Below, piece by piece: positions 24,971 through 36,421 of a stretch of DNA of 64,000 nt. The translations under genes were made by a program, and so were the position numbers. This DNA is from Octopus sinensis (Eukaryota), in NCBI RefSeq assembly GCF_006345805.1, contig NC_043026.1, forward strand, positions 5,518,001 to 5,582,000, read 5' to 3'. Numbering within the stretch: the first letter of the stretch is position 1; every line of letters starts with the position of its first letter. Under the pieces are notes generated by a model, which worked only from the letters and a program-made list of their open reading frames with translations, had not been told where the DNA came from and made no database searches.

Positions 24971-25411
24971 CTTCTAGCAGGGAGAGAGAGGAGAGAAAAA
25001 AAAAAAAAAAAAAAAAAAAAACTCAGTACAAATTGAAATGGACTTGAGGGGACACATTACACTTGGTGCTACCAACCTTCAATTAAGGTAATACATAAAA
25101 ATTCCCGTAGTCTTTATGTTGCAAAATAATTCACATTAACCCTTTAGTATTTTTAACCTAGCCAGATCTGACTTCTCACACCTACCCTACAATGTCATTC
25201 TAAATAAAAAAAAAAATAATTATTAGATTATTGGAATCTCATGGCTATGAGGCAAGGAGATACAAGAGTAGTGTGTGTGTATGTGTGGTTTCGGTGAGTC
25301 TGTAGTAAAAAGAGGGGAAATGGAAAAAAAAAAAAAAAAGAGGCATTTACGGTAAAGATGGGCTAGATTCAGCTGTCGAAGTTATATACAACCAATGAAA
25401 GACACAGAAAT

Positions 25412-25442
<31 letters not shown>

Positions 25443-25584
25443 AAAATATTTCTTTTTTTTAATGATGATAATATCAAAATCGACAGTGTTCCAAAAGTAG
25501 GGGGGGTTACGCTGTACATATATAGCATTTGGTGTGGTGTGTAGTTTAGAAAGAGGGGAAATATAAAGAATGCAAGAGAACGAT

Positions 25585-26127
25585 ATATACATATACATAC
25601 ACATGTGCGTGTGTGTATATAAATATATATATATATGCATGTATATATATATCTATATACATGCATATATGTGTATGTGTATATATATATATATATATAC
25701 ATGCATATATGTGTATATATATATATATACATGCATATATGTGTATATATATATATATACATGCATATATGTGTATGTGTATATATATATGTGTGTGTGT
25801 GTGTGTATGCATATATATATGCTTGTTTATATATATATATTATGCATGTTTTGTATATATATATATATATATATATATGCATGTTTTTATTTATATATAT
25901 ATTTTCATGTTTTGTATATATATAAATTTTCATGTTTATATATATATATATATATATTTTCATGTTTTGTATATATATATATATATATATAGATATATAT
26001 ATATATGCATGTTTATATATATATATTTCATGTTTTGTATATATATATATGTAACCTTTATATATATATATTTCATGTTTTGTATATATATATATATATA
26101 TGTAACCTTTATATATATATATATACT
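25585..26127. repeat. (TA)n-based minisatellite (cassettes catgcatatatgtg and catgttttgta) in CDC20 3' region
   Basis: Directly visible, ~110 nt past the stop codon. Confidence 0.9.
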
Positions 26128-26235
26128 GAAAGACCAAAGCAAAGCAGAGAAAGTAGGTAAAAAGAGAAAAAGAGACGAGGGAGTTAGAGGCACTACACCA
26201 AACGGGACCATATCAAACTAGGCCCACGCCAGATA

Positions 26236-26417
26236 CTACCGAATTGTAGACAATCGGATCATGCCTGGCACGAGGGCCTTATTGTTCTTCTCAGCCTTCT
26301 TCTTTTGCTCGGAGCCTGCAAAGCACTTCCAGAGTCGCAGGGTCTCATCTGCTCCAGCAGACACCACCGTCGACCCATCCGGGGACATAGCCAAGTGTAG
26401 GATGCGCGCTGTGTGAC
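26236..26417 (-). CDS. CDC20: CDC20 last coding exon (GHTARILHLAMSPDGSTVVSAGADETLRLWKCF...RLSTIR*)
   Basis: Acceptor tttgcag|GT, stop TAG at 26238-26236. Ends in the APC/C-binding IR tail. Summed CDS 1524 nt is an exact multiple of 3. Confidence 0.98.
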
Positions 26418-26537
26418 CTGCAAAATAATAAATTTAATATTAACGATGGTTTCAGATTTTGGTAGAGGGCAAGCAGTTTTTTTGAAAGGTACGGGGTGGC
26501 ATGAGGGGAAAATAGAACACATTGACCCTAGTGTATA

Positions 26538-26730
26538 CTCTTTTACTCGTTTCAGTCATTTGACTGCGGCCATGCTGGAGCACCGCCTTTAGTCGAGCAA
26601 ATCGACCCCGGGACTCATTCTTTGCGAGCACAGTACTTATTCTATCGGTCTCTTTTGCCGAACCGCTAAGTTACGGGGACGTAAGCACACCAGCATCGGT
26701 TGTCAAGCGATGTTAGGGGGACAAACACAA

Positions 26731-26767
<37 letters not shown>

Positions 26768-26882
26768 GACGACAGGCTTCCTTCAGTTTCCGTCTACCAA
26801 ATCCACTCACAAGGCATTGGTCGGCCCGGAACCATGTGGTTGGTTAGCAAGCTACTTACCACACAGCCACTCCTGCGCCTAT
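26538..26882 (-). mobile_element. SINE family A (internally deleted head)
   Basis: Reverse complement of family A 3' half and head. Confidence 0.85.
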
Positions 26883-27016
26883 ATGACTGGTATTATTATT
26901 TTTCCTTTTTTGACCCTGAAAGAATGAAAGGCTAAGTTGACCTTGGCTGAACATTGAGCCAGAAGAAATCTTGCAAAACACTGTTAATGTTTCTGCCAGC
27001 TTGCCACAATGATGAT

Positions 27017-27210
27017 CATCATCATCATCATCACCGTCTAACGTCCGTTTTCCATGCTATCATGGGTTGGACGGTTCAACTGGGGTCTGGGAAGCCAGAA
27101 GGTTGCACCAGGCTCCAGTCTGATCTGGCAGTGTTTCTACGGCTGGATGCCCTTCCTAACGCCAACCACTCCGTGAGTGTAGTGGGTGCTTTTACATGCC
27201 CACCTGCACA
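27017..27210 (-). mobile_element. RTE 3' end
   Basis: (CAT)n plus conserved end. Confidence 0.85.
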
Positions 27211-27239
27211 GGAGATGATGATGATAATAATAACGGTTT

Positions 27240-27715
27240 CAAATTTTGCCACAAGGCAGCAGTTTGTGGGGAGGAGATGAGTCGATTACATTGACCCCAG
27301 CACACAACTGGTACTTATTTTATCAACCCCAAAAGGAATGAAAGATAAATTTGACTGGCAGAATTTGAACTCAGAACGTAGCAACGGACGAAATACCTAT
27401 TTCTTTATTACCCACAAGGGGCTAAACATAGAGGGGACAAACAAGGACAGACATAGGTATTAAGTCGATTACATCGACCCCAGTGCGATACTGGTATTTT
27501 ATTTATCGACCCCGAAAGGATGAAAGGCAAAGTCGACCTCGGCGGAATTTGAACCCAGAACGTAACGACAGACGAAATACCTATTTCTTTATTACCCACA
27601 AGGGGCTAAACATACAGGGGACAAACAAGGACAGAAATAGGTATTAATTCGATTACATCAACCCCAGTGCGTAACTGGTACTTAATTTATCGACCCAGGA
27701 CGAAATACCGCTAAT
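27240..27715 (-). mobile_element. SINE family D multimer
   Basis: Repeated junction gaaatacctatttc at ~27390 and ~27574. Confidence 0.8.
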
Positions 27716-28044
27716 CCTTTCTACTACAGGCACAAGGCCTGAAATTTGGGGGGAGGGGACTAATCGATTACATTGACTCCCCCAGTGTTTCACTGGTACT
27801 GAAATTTATCAGCCCTGAAAGGATGAAAGACAAAGTCAACCTCAGTGGGACTTGAACTCTGCCCTGGTAAACCAAATCAGACCTAGTGTATCTTCTTTCT
27901 TTATTCATTTTTTATAACCCCAGGCTAGTCCTGATCCAACCGATCTATGATCAAAGGGATTCTGGCTTATGACCATCACAACTTTTATTCAGATCTAGCG
28001 TATCTAAATCTGTCTGACGTGTGCATTCTTGTTGTTCCTTAGCC

Positions 28045-28361
28045 CTTTACTCTTTTACTTGTTTCAGTCATTTGACTGTGGCCATGCTGGAGCACCGCCT
28101 TTAGTCGAGCAAATCTACCCCAGGACTTATTCTTTGTAAGCCTAGTACTTATTCTATCGGTCTCTTTTACTTGTTTCAGTCATTTGACTGTGGCCATGCT
28201 GGAGCACCGCCTTTAGTCGAGCAAATCGACCCCGGGACTTATTCTTTGTAAGCCCAATACTTATTCTATCAGTCTCTTTTTGCCAAACAGCTAAGTGACG
28301 GGGATGTAAACACACCAGCATCGGTTGTCAAGCGATGTCGGAGGGACAAATAGACACACAA

Positions 28362-28395
<34 letters not shown>

Positions 28396-28565
28396 ATATA
28401 TACGACGGGCTTCTTTCGGTTTCCGTCCACCAAATCCACTCAGAAGGCATTGGTCGGCCCGAGGCTATAGTAGAAGACACTTGCCCAAGGTGCCACGCAG
28501 TGGGACTGAACCCGGAACCATGTGGTTCGCAAGCAAGCTACTTACCACACAGCCACTCTTACGCC
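28045..28565 (-). mobile_element. SINE family A with duplicated 3' end
   Basis: ctcttttacttgtttcagtcatttg occurs at 28050 and 28162. Confidence 0.85.
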
Positions 28566-28952
28566 TGGTCAGCCCCTATCCACTCCACCTATGTTTATAG
28601 GTGTTCCAGCCAGCCGTGACCATCCCATCCTGTATTCCTACACAAAGTATCTAGGACGACCTCCAGTGTCCAACCTAATACGAATATGCATTCAAGGGAG
28701 ATAAACCAATATCATACTGAACTAAAATTCTCTCCCTTAGTTCAAGTTGCAGGAGAGGTCAACACTGGAGTGGGGAAAAGGAATTGGATTAAGGGTCAAA
28801 GGACATACAGCTAAGCAGACCCATCACTCCTTGTCCAAGTCCTGAATTAACATATTAATATTTAAACCAGCCATGTCCAGCCCAAATATATTTGTTTTAT
28901 GTTCAAATGTGCTAACGATTAGGCCAATTTGCCACCTTAATTGGTCACTTAC

Positions 28953-29070
28953 CTGTCAGTTCAGCTACTTTCGTCATGGACGGATACTTCCAGATGGTCA
29001 GTTGATGTTGTGCATAACCATGACCAGAGATCAGTTCCCTGTGCTCGGCCGACCATAACATAGCACAAAC
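28953..29070 (-). CDS. CDC20: CDC20 coding exon 7 ([40 protein letters not shown])
   Basis: Hand translation (absent from the ORF track); acceptor ttgctag|GTT, donor CAG|gtaagt. 118 nt, phase 0/1. Confidence 0.98.
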
Positions 29071-29610
29071 CTAGCAATAATAAAAGAAACAAATTGAATG
29101 CTTAATTTAATTATATTACAGTTAACATGGCTTAGTGGTTAGGGTGTTGGACTTAGGATCATAAGGTTGTTGACAAAAATTCCTGGACCGGGTGACACAT
29201 TCTATTCTTGAGTAAAATACTTCATTTTATATCGCTCTAATCCATTCTACTGGCAAAAGTGAGTAAACTTGCAATGGACTGGTGTCCTATCCAGGTGGGG
29301 AATATGTCAGAAAAACATGGAAACTGGCCCTATAAGCCTGTGGCTCAAGAAACACCCTCTTTAATCTCTCTTTTACTCATTTCCGTCATGAGTTCAATTC
29401 TCTGCAATGCGTCATCCTAGAGCAAAGCACCTCATTTCATGTTACCCCAGTGCAGTCAACTGGCAAAAACAACTAGACCCTATATTTCAAAGGGTCAGCC
29501 TTGTCACACTGAATCTACATTAGGGGTACACATATCTGTGGAGTGCACAGCTACGAACAGGTTGTTCTGTTCATAAGATCGCTGGAACTCTTGTCATTGT
29601 AACAGATAGA

Positions 29611-29637
29611 GGGTTAGGGTTAGGGTTAGGGTTAGGG
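29611..29637 (+). repeat. Interstitial telomere-type repeat GGG(TTAGGG)4
   Basis: gggttagggttagggttagggttaggg read directly. Confidence 0.95.
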
Positions 29638-29779
29638 TGTGGTCAGGGTGTTGGATTCATGATTATAAGATTATGGCTTTGGTTCACAGTGTTCTTGAGC
29701 AAGGTACTTCACTTCACATTGCCCCAGTCCACTCAGCTGGTAAAAATGAGTAGTTCTGCAACAGACCAGCATCTTACCC

Positions 29780-30148
29780 AGGAGTGGCTGTGTGGTAAGT
29801 AGCTTGCTTACCAACCATATGGTTCCTGGTTCAGTCCCACTGCGTGACACCTTAGGCAAGTGTCTTCTACTATAGCCTCAGGCCGACCAAAGCCTTGTGA
29901 GTGGATTTGGTAGACGGAAACTGAAAGAAGCCCGTCGTATATATGTGTGTGTGTGTGTGTGTGTGCACAGGAGTGGCTGTGTGGTAAGTAGCTTGTTTAC
30001 CAACCACATGGTTCCTGGTTCAGTCCCACTGCGTGACACCTTGGGCAAGTCTCTTCTACTATAGCCTTGGGCCGACCAAAGCCTTGTGAGTGGATTTGGT
30101 AGACGGAAACTGAAAGAAGCCCGTCGTATATATGTGTGTATATATATT

Positions 30149-30182
<34 letters not shown>

Positions 30183-30341
30183 CAGGAGAGGCTGTGTGGT
30201 AAGTAGCTTGCTTACCAACCATATGGTTCCTGGTTCAGTCCCACTGCGTGACACCTTGGGCAAGTGTCTTCTACTATAGCCTCAGGCCGACCAAAGCCTT
30301 GTGAGTGGATTTGGTAGACGGAAACTGAAAGAAGCCCGTCG

Positions 30342-30383
<42 letters not shown>

Positions 30384-30566
30384 CACAGGAGTGGCTGTGT
30401 GGTAAGTAGCTTGTTTACCAACCACATGGTTCCTGATTCAGTCCCACTGCGTGACACCTTGGGCAAGTCTCTTCTACTATAGCCTCGGGCCGACCAAAGC
30501 CTTGTGAGTAGATTTGGTAGATGGAAACTGAAAGAAGCCCGTCGTATATATGTGTGTATATATATT

Positions 30567-30606
<40 letters not shown>

Positions 30607-30775
30607 CAGGAGTGGCTGTGTGGTAAGTAGCTTGTTTACCAACCACATGGTTCCTGGTTCAGTCCCACTGCGTAGCACCTTGGGCAAGTGTCTTCTACTA
30701 TAGCCTTGGGCTGACCAAAGCCTTGTGAGTAGATTTGGTAGATGGAAACTGAAAGAAGCCCGTCGTATATATATT

Positions 30776-30807
<32 letters not shown>

Positions 30808-30942
30808 CAGGAGTGGCTGTGTGGTAAGTAGCTTGTTTACCAATCACATGGTTCCTGGTTCAGTTCCACTGCGTGACACCTTGGGCAAGTCTCTTCTACT
30901 ATAGCCTTGGGCTGACCAAAGCCTTGTGAGTGGATTTGGTAT
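29780..30942 (+). repeat. Tandem array of 6 SINE-A heads separated by (TA)/(TG) runs
   Basis: caggagtggctgtgtggtaag starts near 29779, 29968, 30183, 30386, 30607, 30807. Confidence 0.92.
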
Positions 30943-31222
30943 TTTTTGATATTATCATTATTATTCAGGTCACTGTCTGATTCAGAGTTTGATTCCAGGC
31001 AGGGCATATGGCATGGTGGTTAAGAGCGTGGGCTACTAACCTCAAGATTCCGAGTTCAATCCCAGGCAGTGACCTGAATAATAATAACACCTAAAAATAC
31101 CTTAGGAATGAGAACCCAGGTTCGAAATTTCCCCAAGACACCTGATGAAGGCTGGAGGGTATATCAGCCGAAATGTTGTGTTACCAACAAACATGATGAG
31201 GACATATCCGACAAGTGTAAAT

Positions 31223-31961
31223 CATCATCATCATCATCATCGTTTAACGTCCGCTTTCCATGCTAGCATGGGTTGGACGGTTCAACTGGGGTCTGGCAAG
31301 CTCGAAGGCTGCACCAGGCCAGTCAGATCTGGCAGTGTTTCTACAGCTGGATGCCCTTCCTAACGCCAGCCACTCCGAGAGTGTAGTGGGTGACTTTATG
31401 TGCCACCGACACAGGTGCCAGACGGCCATGCTCGGATGGTGTTTTTATGTGCCACCGACACAGGTGCCAGACGAGGCTGGCAGACGGCCACGCTCGGATG
31501 GTGTTTTTATGTGCCACCGACACAGGTGCCAGACGAGGCTGGCAGACGGCCACGCTCGGATGGTGTTTTTATGTGCCACCGACACAGGTGCCAGACGAGG
31601 CTGGCGAACGGCCACGCTCGGATGGTGTTTGTTACGTGCCCTCAGCACGGAGGCCAGTCGATGCGGTACTGGCTACGGTCACGTTCGGATGGTTTTCTTA
31701 TGTGCCACAAAGATACAAATTCCATTGATGTTCATCTATTTTGATTTGGTTTGATTTGATTTGATTTGATTTGATCGATTTTCACTTGCCTCAACAGGTC
31801 TTCACAAGTGTCACAAGAAGGAAGGTATGCACAGGTGGACTGACTACGTCCCAGGTAGGGGCCACGGGTTATGGCTTCACTAGTCTTGCCGGGTCTTCTC
31901 ACGCACAGCATACTTCCATAGGCCTCGGTCTCTAGTCATTTCCATGGTGAGACCTACATGT
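31223..31961 (-). mobile_element. 5'-truncated RTE LINE (ORF end MTRDRGLWKYAVREKTRQD*, 5 VNTR units) inserted in a Penelope-like fragment
   Basis: TSD CAAGTGTAAAT at 31212-31222 and 31962-31972. Confidence 0.88.
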
Positions 31962-32209
31962 CAAGTGTAAATAATGTACATAATTCCTCATCGCTTAAAT
32001 ATAGAAGTGTGTCAACCTGGATAACCTGTATTTTGATTGATTGATTCTAGTTTCAGCTTATGAGCTGTGGCCATGCTGGGGCACCGTAAACCACTATTTT
32101 CCAGGATGGTGACAGACGGGGGTGGGGTTTGCTAACACTGACCCACACCATCTAACACAACAAACAAACGGGGACGAGGAAAAAGCAAAAATACCTGAAT
32201 TAATCTCAC

Positions 32210-32570
32210 CTGGGATTTAGTGTCAATACTCTGGACATTTGATCCTGTGTTACAGTTCCAGAATCGGATGTGTCGGTCAGCCGTGCCTCCCCCACTTGCC
32301 AGCAGCCTTGGTTGCCATGGACACCAGGCCAGCGCCTTCACCGCTGCCTGGTGGTAGGTGAGCGAGTAGAGTGGCTGTGACTGGGGTACCAAGCGGCCAC
32401 CCTCTGCTGCCCAGATGTTCAAAAGGTTATCGTTGCCTCCGCTGGCCAGGTACATGCCATCGGGTGACCACCGCAGGCCACACACCTCCTGTGTGTGTCC
32501 AGCAACATTGCCCTGTAGGTGCTGCGCTACACGAACGTCGTGATGGTGGATGTGTCCACTGCGCGAGCCA
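32210..32570 (-). CDS. CDC20: CDC20 coding exon 6 (GSRSGHIHHHDVRVA...CPWQPRLLASGGGTADRHIRFWN...DTKSQ)
   Basis: Acceptor cttgtag|T, donor CAG|gtgaga. 361 nt, phase 2/0. Near-invariant CDC20 WD40 sequence. Confidence 0.99.
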
Positions 32571-32677
32571 CTACAAGTCGAAACAGAGAAAAAGGAAAAA
32601 CACATTATTATTATTATTATTATTATTATTTGTTTTCTTATTACCCACAAGGGGCTAAACATAGAGGGGACAAACGA

Positions 32678-32708
<31 letters not shown>

Positions 32709-32946
32709 GTTGTAACCCATCGCTAAGCTGCCAGGTAACAGCGTGGTCAACATGAAATAGATCCTTCAACAGAAACCTACTACAATGATCACATTGATAA
32801 ACTCAGCAACGACATATTTCTCGTTTCTCGAAACAAATATTAATTCTCTCTTTCACAACAACAACAACAACCTGTTCTTATTTTTTTAAAGTGAGTTGCA
32901 TTGTCTATATGTTGAAAGACATAAAAGACAAAAAAAACTACTATAC

Positions 32947-33680
32947 ATCATCATCATCATCGTTTAACGTCCGTTTTCCATGCTAGCATGGGTTAGACGG
33001 TTCTACTGGGGTCTGTGAAGCCAGAAGGCTGCATCAGGCCCAGTCTGATCTGGCAGTGTTTCTACGGCTGGATGCCCTTCCTAACGCCAACCACTCCGTG
33101 AGTGTAGTGGGTGCTTTTTACGTGCCACCCACACAGGTGCCAGATGGAGCTGGCAAACGGCCACGGACGGATGGTGCTTTTTACGTGCCACCCGCACGGG
33201 GGCCAGGCGAGGCTGGCAAACGGCCACGGACGGATGGTGCTTTTTACGTGCCACCCGCACGGGGGGCCAGGCGAGGCTGGCAAACGGCCACGGACGGATG
33301 GTGCTTTTTACGTGCCACCCGCACGGGGGGCCAGGCGAGGCTGGCAATGGCCACGATCGGATGGTGCTTTTTACGTGCCACCCGCACGGGGGGCCAGGCG
33401 AGGCTGGCAAACGGCCACGAACGGATCATGCTTTTACGTGTCACCGGCACAGGGGCCAGGCGAGGCTGGCAATGGCCACGATCGGATGGTGCTTTTTACG
33501 TGCCACCGCACGGGGGCCAGGCGAGGCTGGCAAACAGCCACGAACGGATGGTGCTTTTAAGTGCCACCGGCACGGGGGCCAGGCGAGGCTGGCAACGGAC
33601 ACGAATGGATGGTGCTTTTAAGTGCCACCGACACCGGGGCCAGACAGAGCTGGCAAACGGCCACGAACGGATGGTGCTTC
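32947..33680 (-). mobile_element. RTE 3' UTR with ~9 VNTR units (CDC20 intron)
   Basis: Repeated ttttacgtgccacc...ggatggtgc at ~62-bp period; flanks 32731-32940 and 33681-33918 are themselves a duplicated block. Confidence 0.88.
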
Positions 33681-34707
33681 TGCCAGGTAACAGCGTGGTC
33701 AACATGAAATAGATCCTTCAACAGAAACCTACTGCAATGATCACATTGATAAACTCAGCAATGGCATATTTCTTGTTTCTCGAAACAAATATTAATTCTC
33801 TCTTTCACACACTCTCTCTCTCTTAACAACAACAACCTGTTCTTATTTTTTTAAAGTGAGTTGTATTGTCTATATGTTGAAAGACATAAAAGAAACACAA
33901 ACAAAAAAAACTACTATACGTATTATACATAAATAGTTTTTTTTGGTGTCAGTGTTGCATTGTGTTGACAGACTTGCACTTAAAATTCCTGTGTTCTTAA
34001 TCAAAACTGTTTAGTTACTAAGGTGACAACACTACCTATCAATCTATATTCCATACACTTTCTCTACCATTGTATTTCTCTCTCAACAGCAACATTTTCT
34101 CCTCTCCTTCTTACTTCTCTCTACACAGTTTAATGATAACTTATCTGAGTAAATTTTTCATTAAGAATAATTGCAATAAAGTTAGTATAATTCAATGGGA
34201 ATATGCTTAATGTAAGGGTTAACATCCATTTTCCATGTTCACATTGGTTGGGCAGTTTCACACAAACTGGCAAGTCAGAAGACCGCAGTAAGTGCTGCTG
34301 CCATTTCAGCATGGTTTCCATTGTTGGATACCCTTCCTAATGCCAACCACTTTACAGAGTGTATAGGGTACTTTTAATGTGGAACCAGCAGCAGTAAGGT
34401 CACTAAGAAACTTGCATGGACAGGCTCCCACAACTAGGGGTGGGAAGTATTGAGGGAGGAAGAGTTTTGCATTAGAAGAGGGACATGGCTTCTTCATATC
34501 GAGAATAGAGAAAGGAAGAGAAAAATGAAAACGGCTAAAAGTACAGTGGAAAAAAATCATATTTGTGTTACATTGCTGCACCCCTGGAATCGTCTCATAG
34601 CACACCAATGTACCACAGCATACTGGTTGCAGGGCACTGGGTTGAACAACAACAACAACAAGCAGTGCAACGCAAGAGAGTATAAAACATACCAAAACAC
34701 CACTTAC

Positions 34708-34802
34708 CTGCTGAGTATATGAGAGTTCCATGAGAGCGCTCCAACGCGGCCAGAATGTCCTGTCATGCTGCGTAATCTCTTTTCTTTAAAGACATCCCAA
34801 AG
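34708..34802 (-). CDS. CDC20: CDC20 coding exon 5 ([32 protein letters not shown])
   Basis: Hand translation; acceptor gttttag|CTT, donor CAG|gtaagt. 95 nt, phase 0/2. Confidence 0.97.
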
Positions 34803-34849
34803 CTAAAACAGATATATATATATGTATATTTATACATGAACATTGAAAT

Positions 34850-35202
34850 AAATATCAAATGGAAATAGTAGTTGTGATACCTGTGACGGCAGCACGTAAA
34901 AAGCACCATCCGAACGTGGCCGATGCCAGTGTCACCTTGACTGGCTTCTGTGCCGGTGGCACGTAAAAAGCACCATCCGAACGTGGCCGATGCCAGCACT
35001 GCCTTGAATGGCTTCGGCGCCGGTGGCACGTAAAAAGCACCCGCTACACTCACGGAGTGCTTGGCGTTAGGAAGGGCATCCAGCTGTAGAAACACTGCCA
35101 GATCAGACTGGAGGCTGGTGCAGCCTCCTGGCTTCCCAGACCCCGGTAGAACCGTCCAACCCATGCTAGCACGGAAAACGGACGTTAAACGATGATGATG
35201 AT
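34850..35202 (+). mobile_element. RTE 3' UTR copy
   Basis: Two VNTR-like units, conserved end, (GAT)n. Confidence 0.85.
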
Positions 35203-35274
35203 ACAAATATACAGAAAATCAATTGTATGTAAATTGTAAAGGTTTTAAATGGACGCAGACCAACTAATTTCATG

Positions 35275-35560
35275 ATCATCGTTTAACGTCCGTTTTCCAT
35301 GTTAGCATGTGTTGGACGGTTCGGCCGGGGTCTGGGAAGCCAGGAGGCTGCACAAGGCCCCAGTCAGTACTGGCAGAGTTTCTACAGCTGGATGCCCTTC
35401 CTAACGCCAACCACTCCATGAGTGTAGTGGGTGCTTTTTATGTGCCACCGGCACAGGGGCCAGAGGAGGCTCGCAACAGCTACAGTCAGGTGCTTTTAAT
35501 GTGCCACCAGTACAGAAGCCAGCCAAGGCAGCGCTAGCATCGGCCACATTTCGATGGTGC
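35275..35560 (-). mobile_element. RTE 3' UTR copy, tail-to-tail with 34850-35202
   Basis: Reverse complement of the conserved end. Confidence 0.8.
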
Positions 35561-35757
35561 TTTTTATATACATACATATATATACATACACACATATATG
35601 TGTGCGTGTGTGTATATTTATGTATATATATGTGTGTGTGTATATATATTTATGTATATATTTGTGTATATAAGTGTGTGTTTTTATATATATATTTTGT
35701 GTGTGTATGTATATATATTTATGTATATATGTGTGTATATATATATATTTATGTGTG

Positions 35758-35788
<31 letters not shown>

Positions 35789-36018
35789 TTATTTGTGTGT
35801 GTGTTTGTCCCCCACACCATCGCTTGTCAACTGATACTGGTGCGTTTACATCTCCATGACAGTGGTTCAGCAAAGGAGACCAATAGAATAAGTACTAGGC
35901 TTTCAAAGAACAAGTCCCAGGGTAAATTTCTTCGACTGTAACCCTTTAAAGCGGTGCCCCAGCATGGCCACAGTCAAATAACCGAAACAAAAGAATGAGA
36001 CAGCAATCAGGGACTTAC

Positions 36019-36215
36019 CTCAACAACCCCTTCACTGGTCCCTACTGCCAAATAGTTGCCTTCTTTCACCCAAGCCACAGAACTAATATAGGCATCGGAC
36101 GATTCCATTTCCGTCAGCTGTTTGATCTCTCCGGTTCCGGCATTCCAGAGGTAAAGATGTCCAGCCAGGGCTACAGCCAGTTGGTTGTTGGCAGACCAGT
36201 CCAGTAGGTTCAAAT
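36019..36215 (-). CDS. CDC20: CDC20 coding exon 4 (YLNLLDWS...EGNYLAVGTSEGVVE, WD40)
   Basis: Acceptor gcttcag|AT, donor GAG|gtaagt. 197 nt, phase 1/0. Confidence 0.98.
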
Positions 36216-36421
36216 CTGAAGCAAAGCGCAGAAAAGGGCCGAAATTACAAAACGATGACGGTGGGAGATGTTGTTGGTAATAAGGATATTAGCAATAGTG
36301 GTGACAATGATTGCGGTGGTGTTATTAACCTTTCAATACTAACCAGGCCGTAGCCAGCCGAAAAATCTTTTGGTTCATAAGACCAACCTGGCCGTAGCCG
36401 GCCAAGAGTACCGGTTGTTAT

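Noticed and set aside
91-26235. A second host gene downstream of CDC20
   Set aside because: No exon-like ORF with a recognisable host domain found; small exons of a long-intron gene cannot be excluded without RNA data.
29611-29637. Chromosome end or telomere fusion
   Set aside because: Only four units, inside an intron between SINE parts; 57752-57769 (CCCTAA)3 is internal to a MITE.
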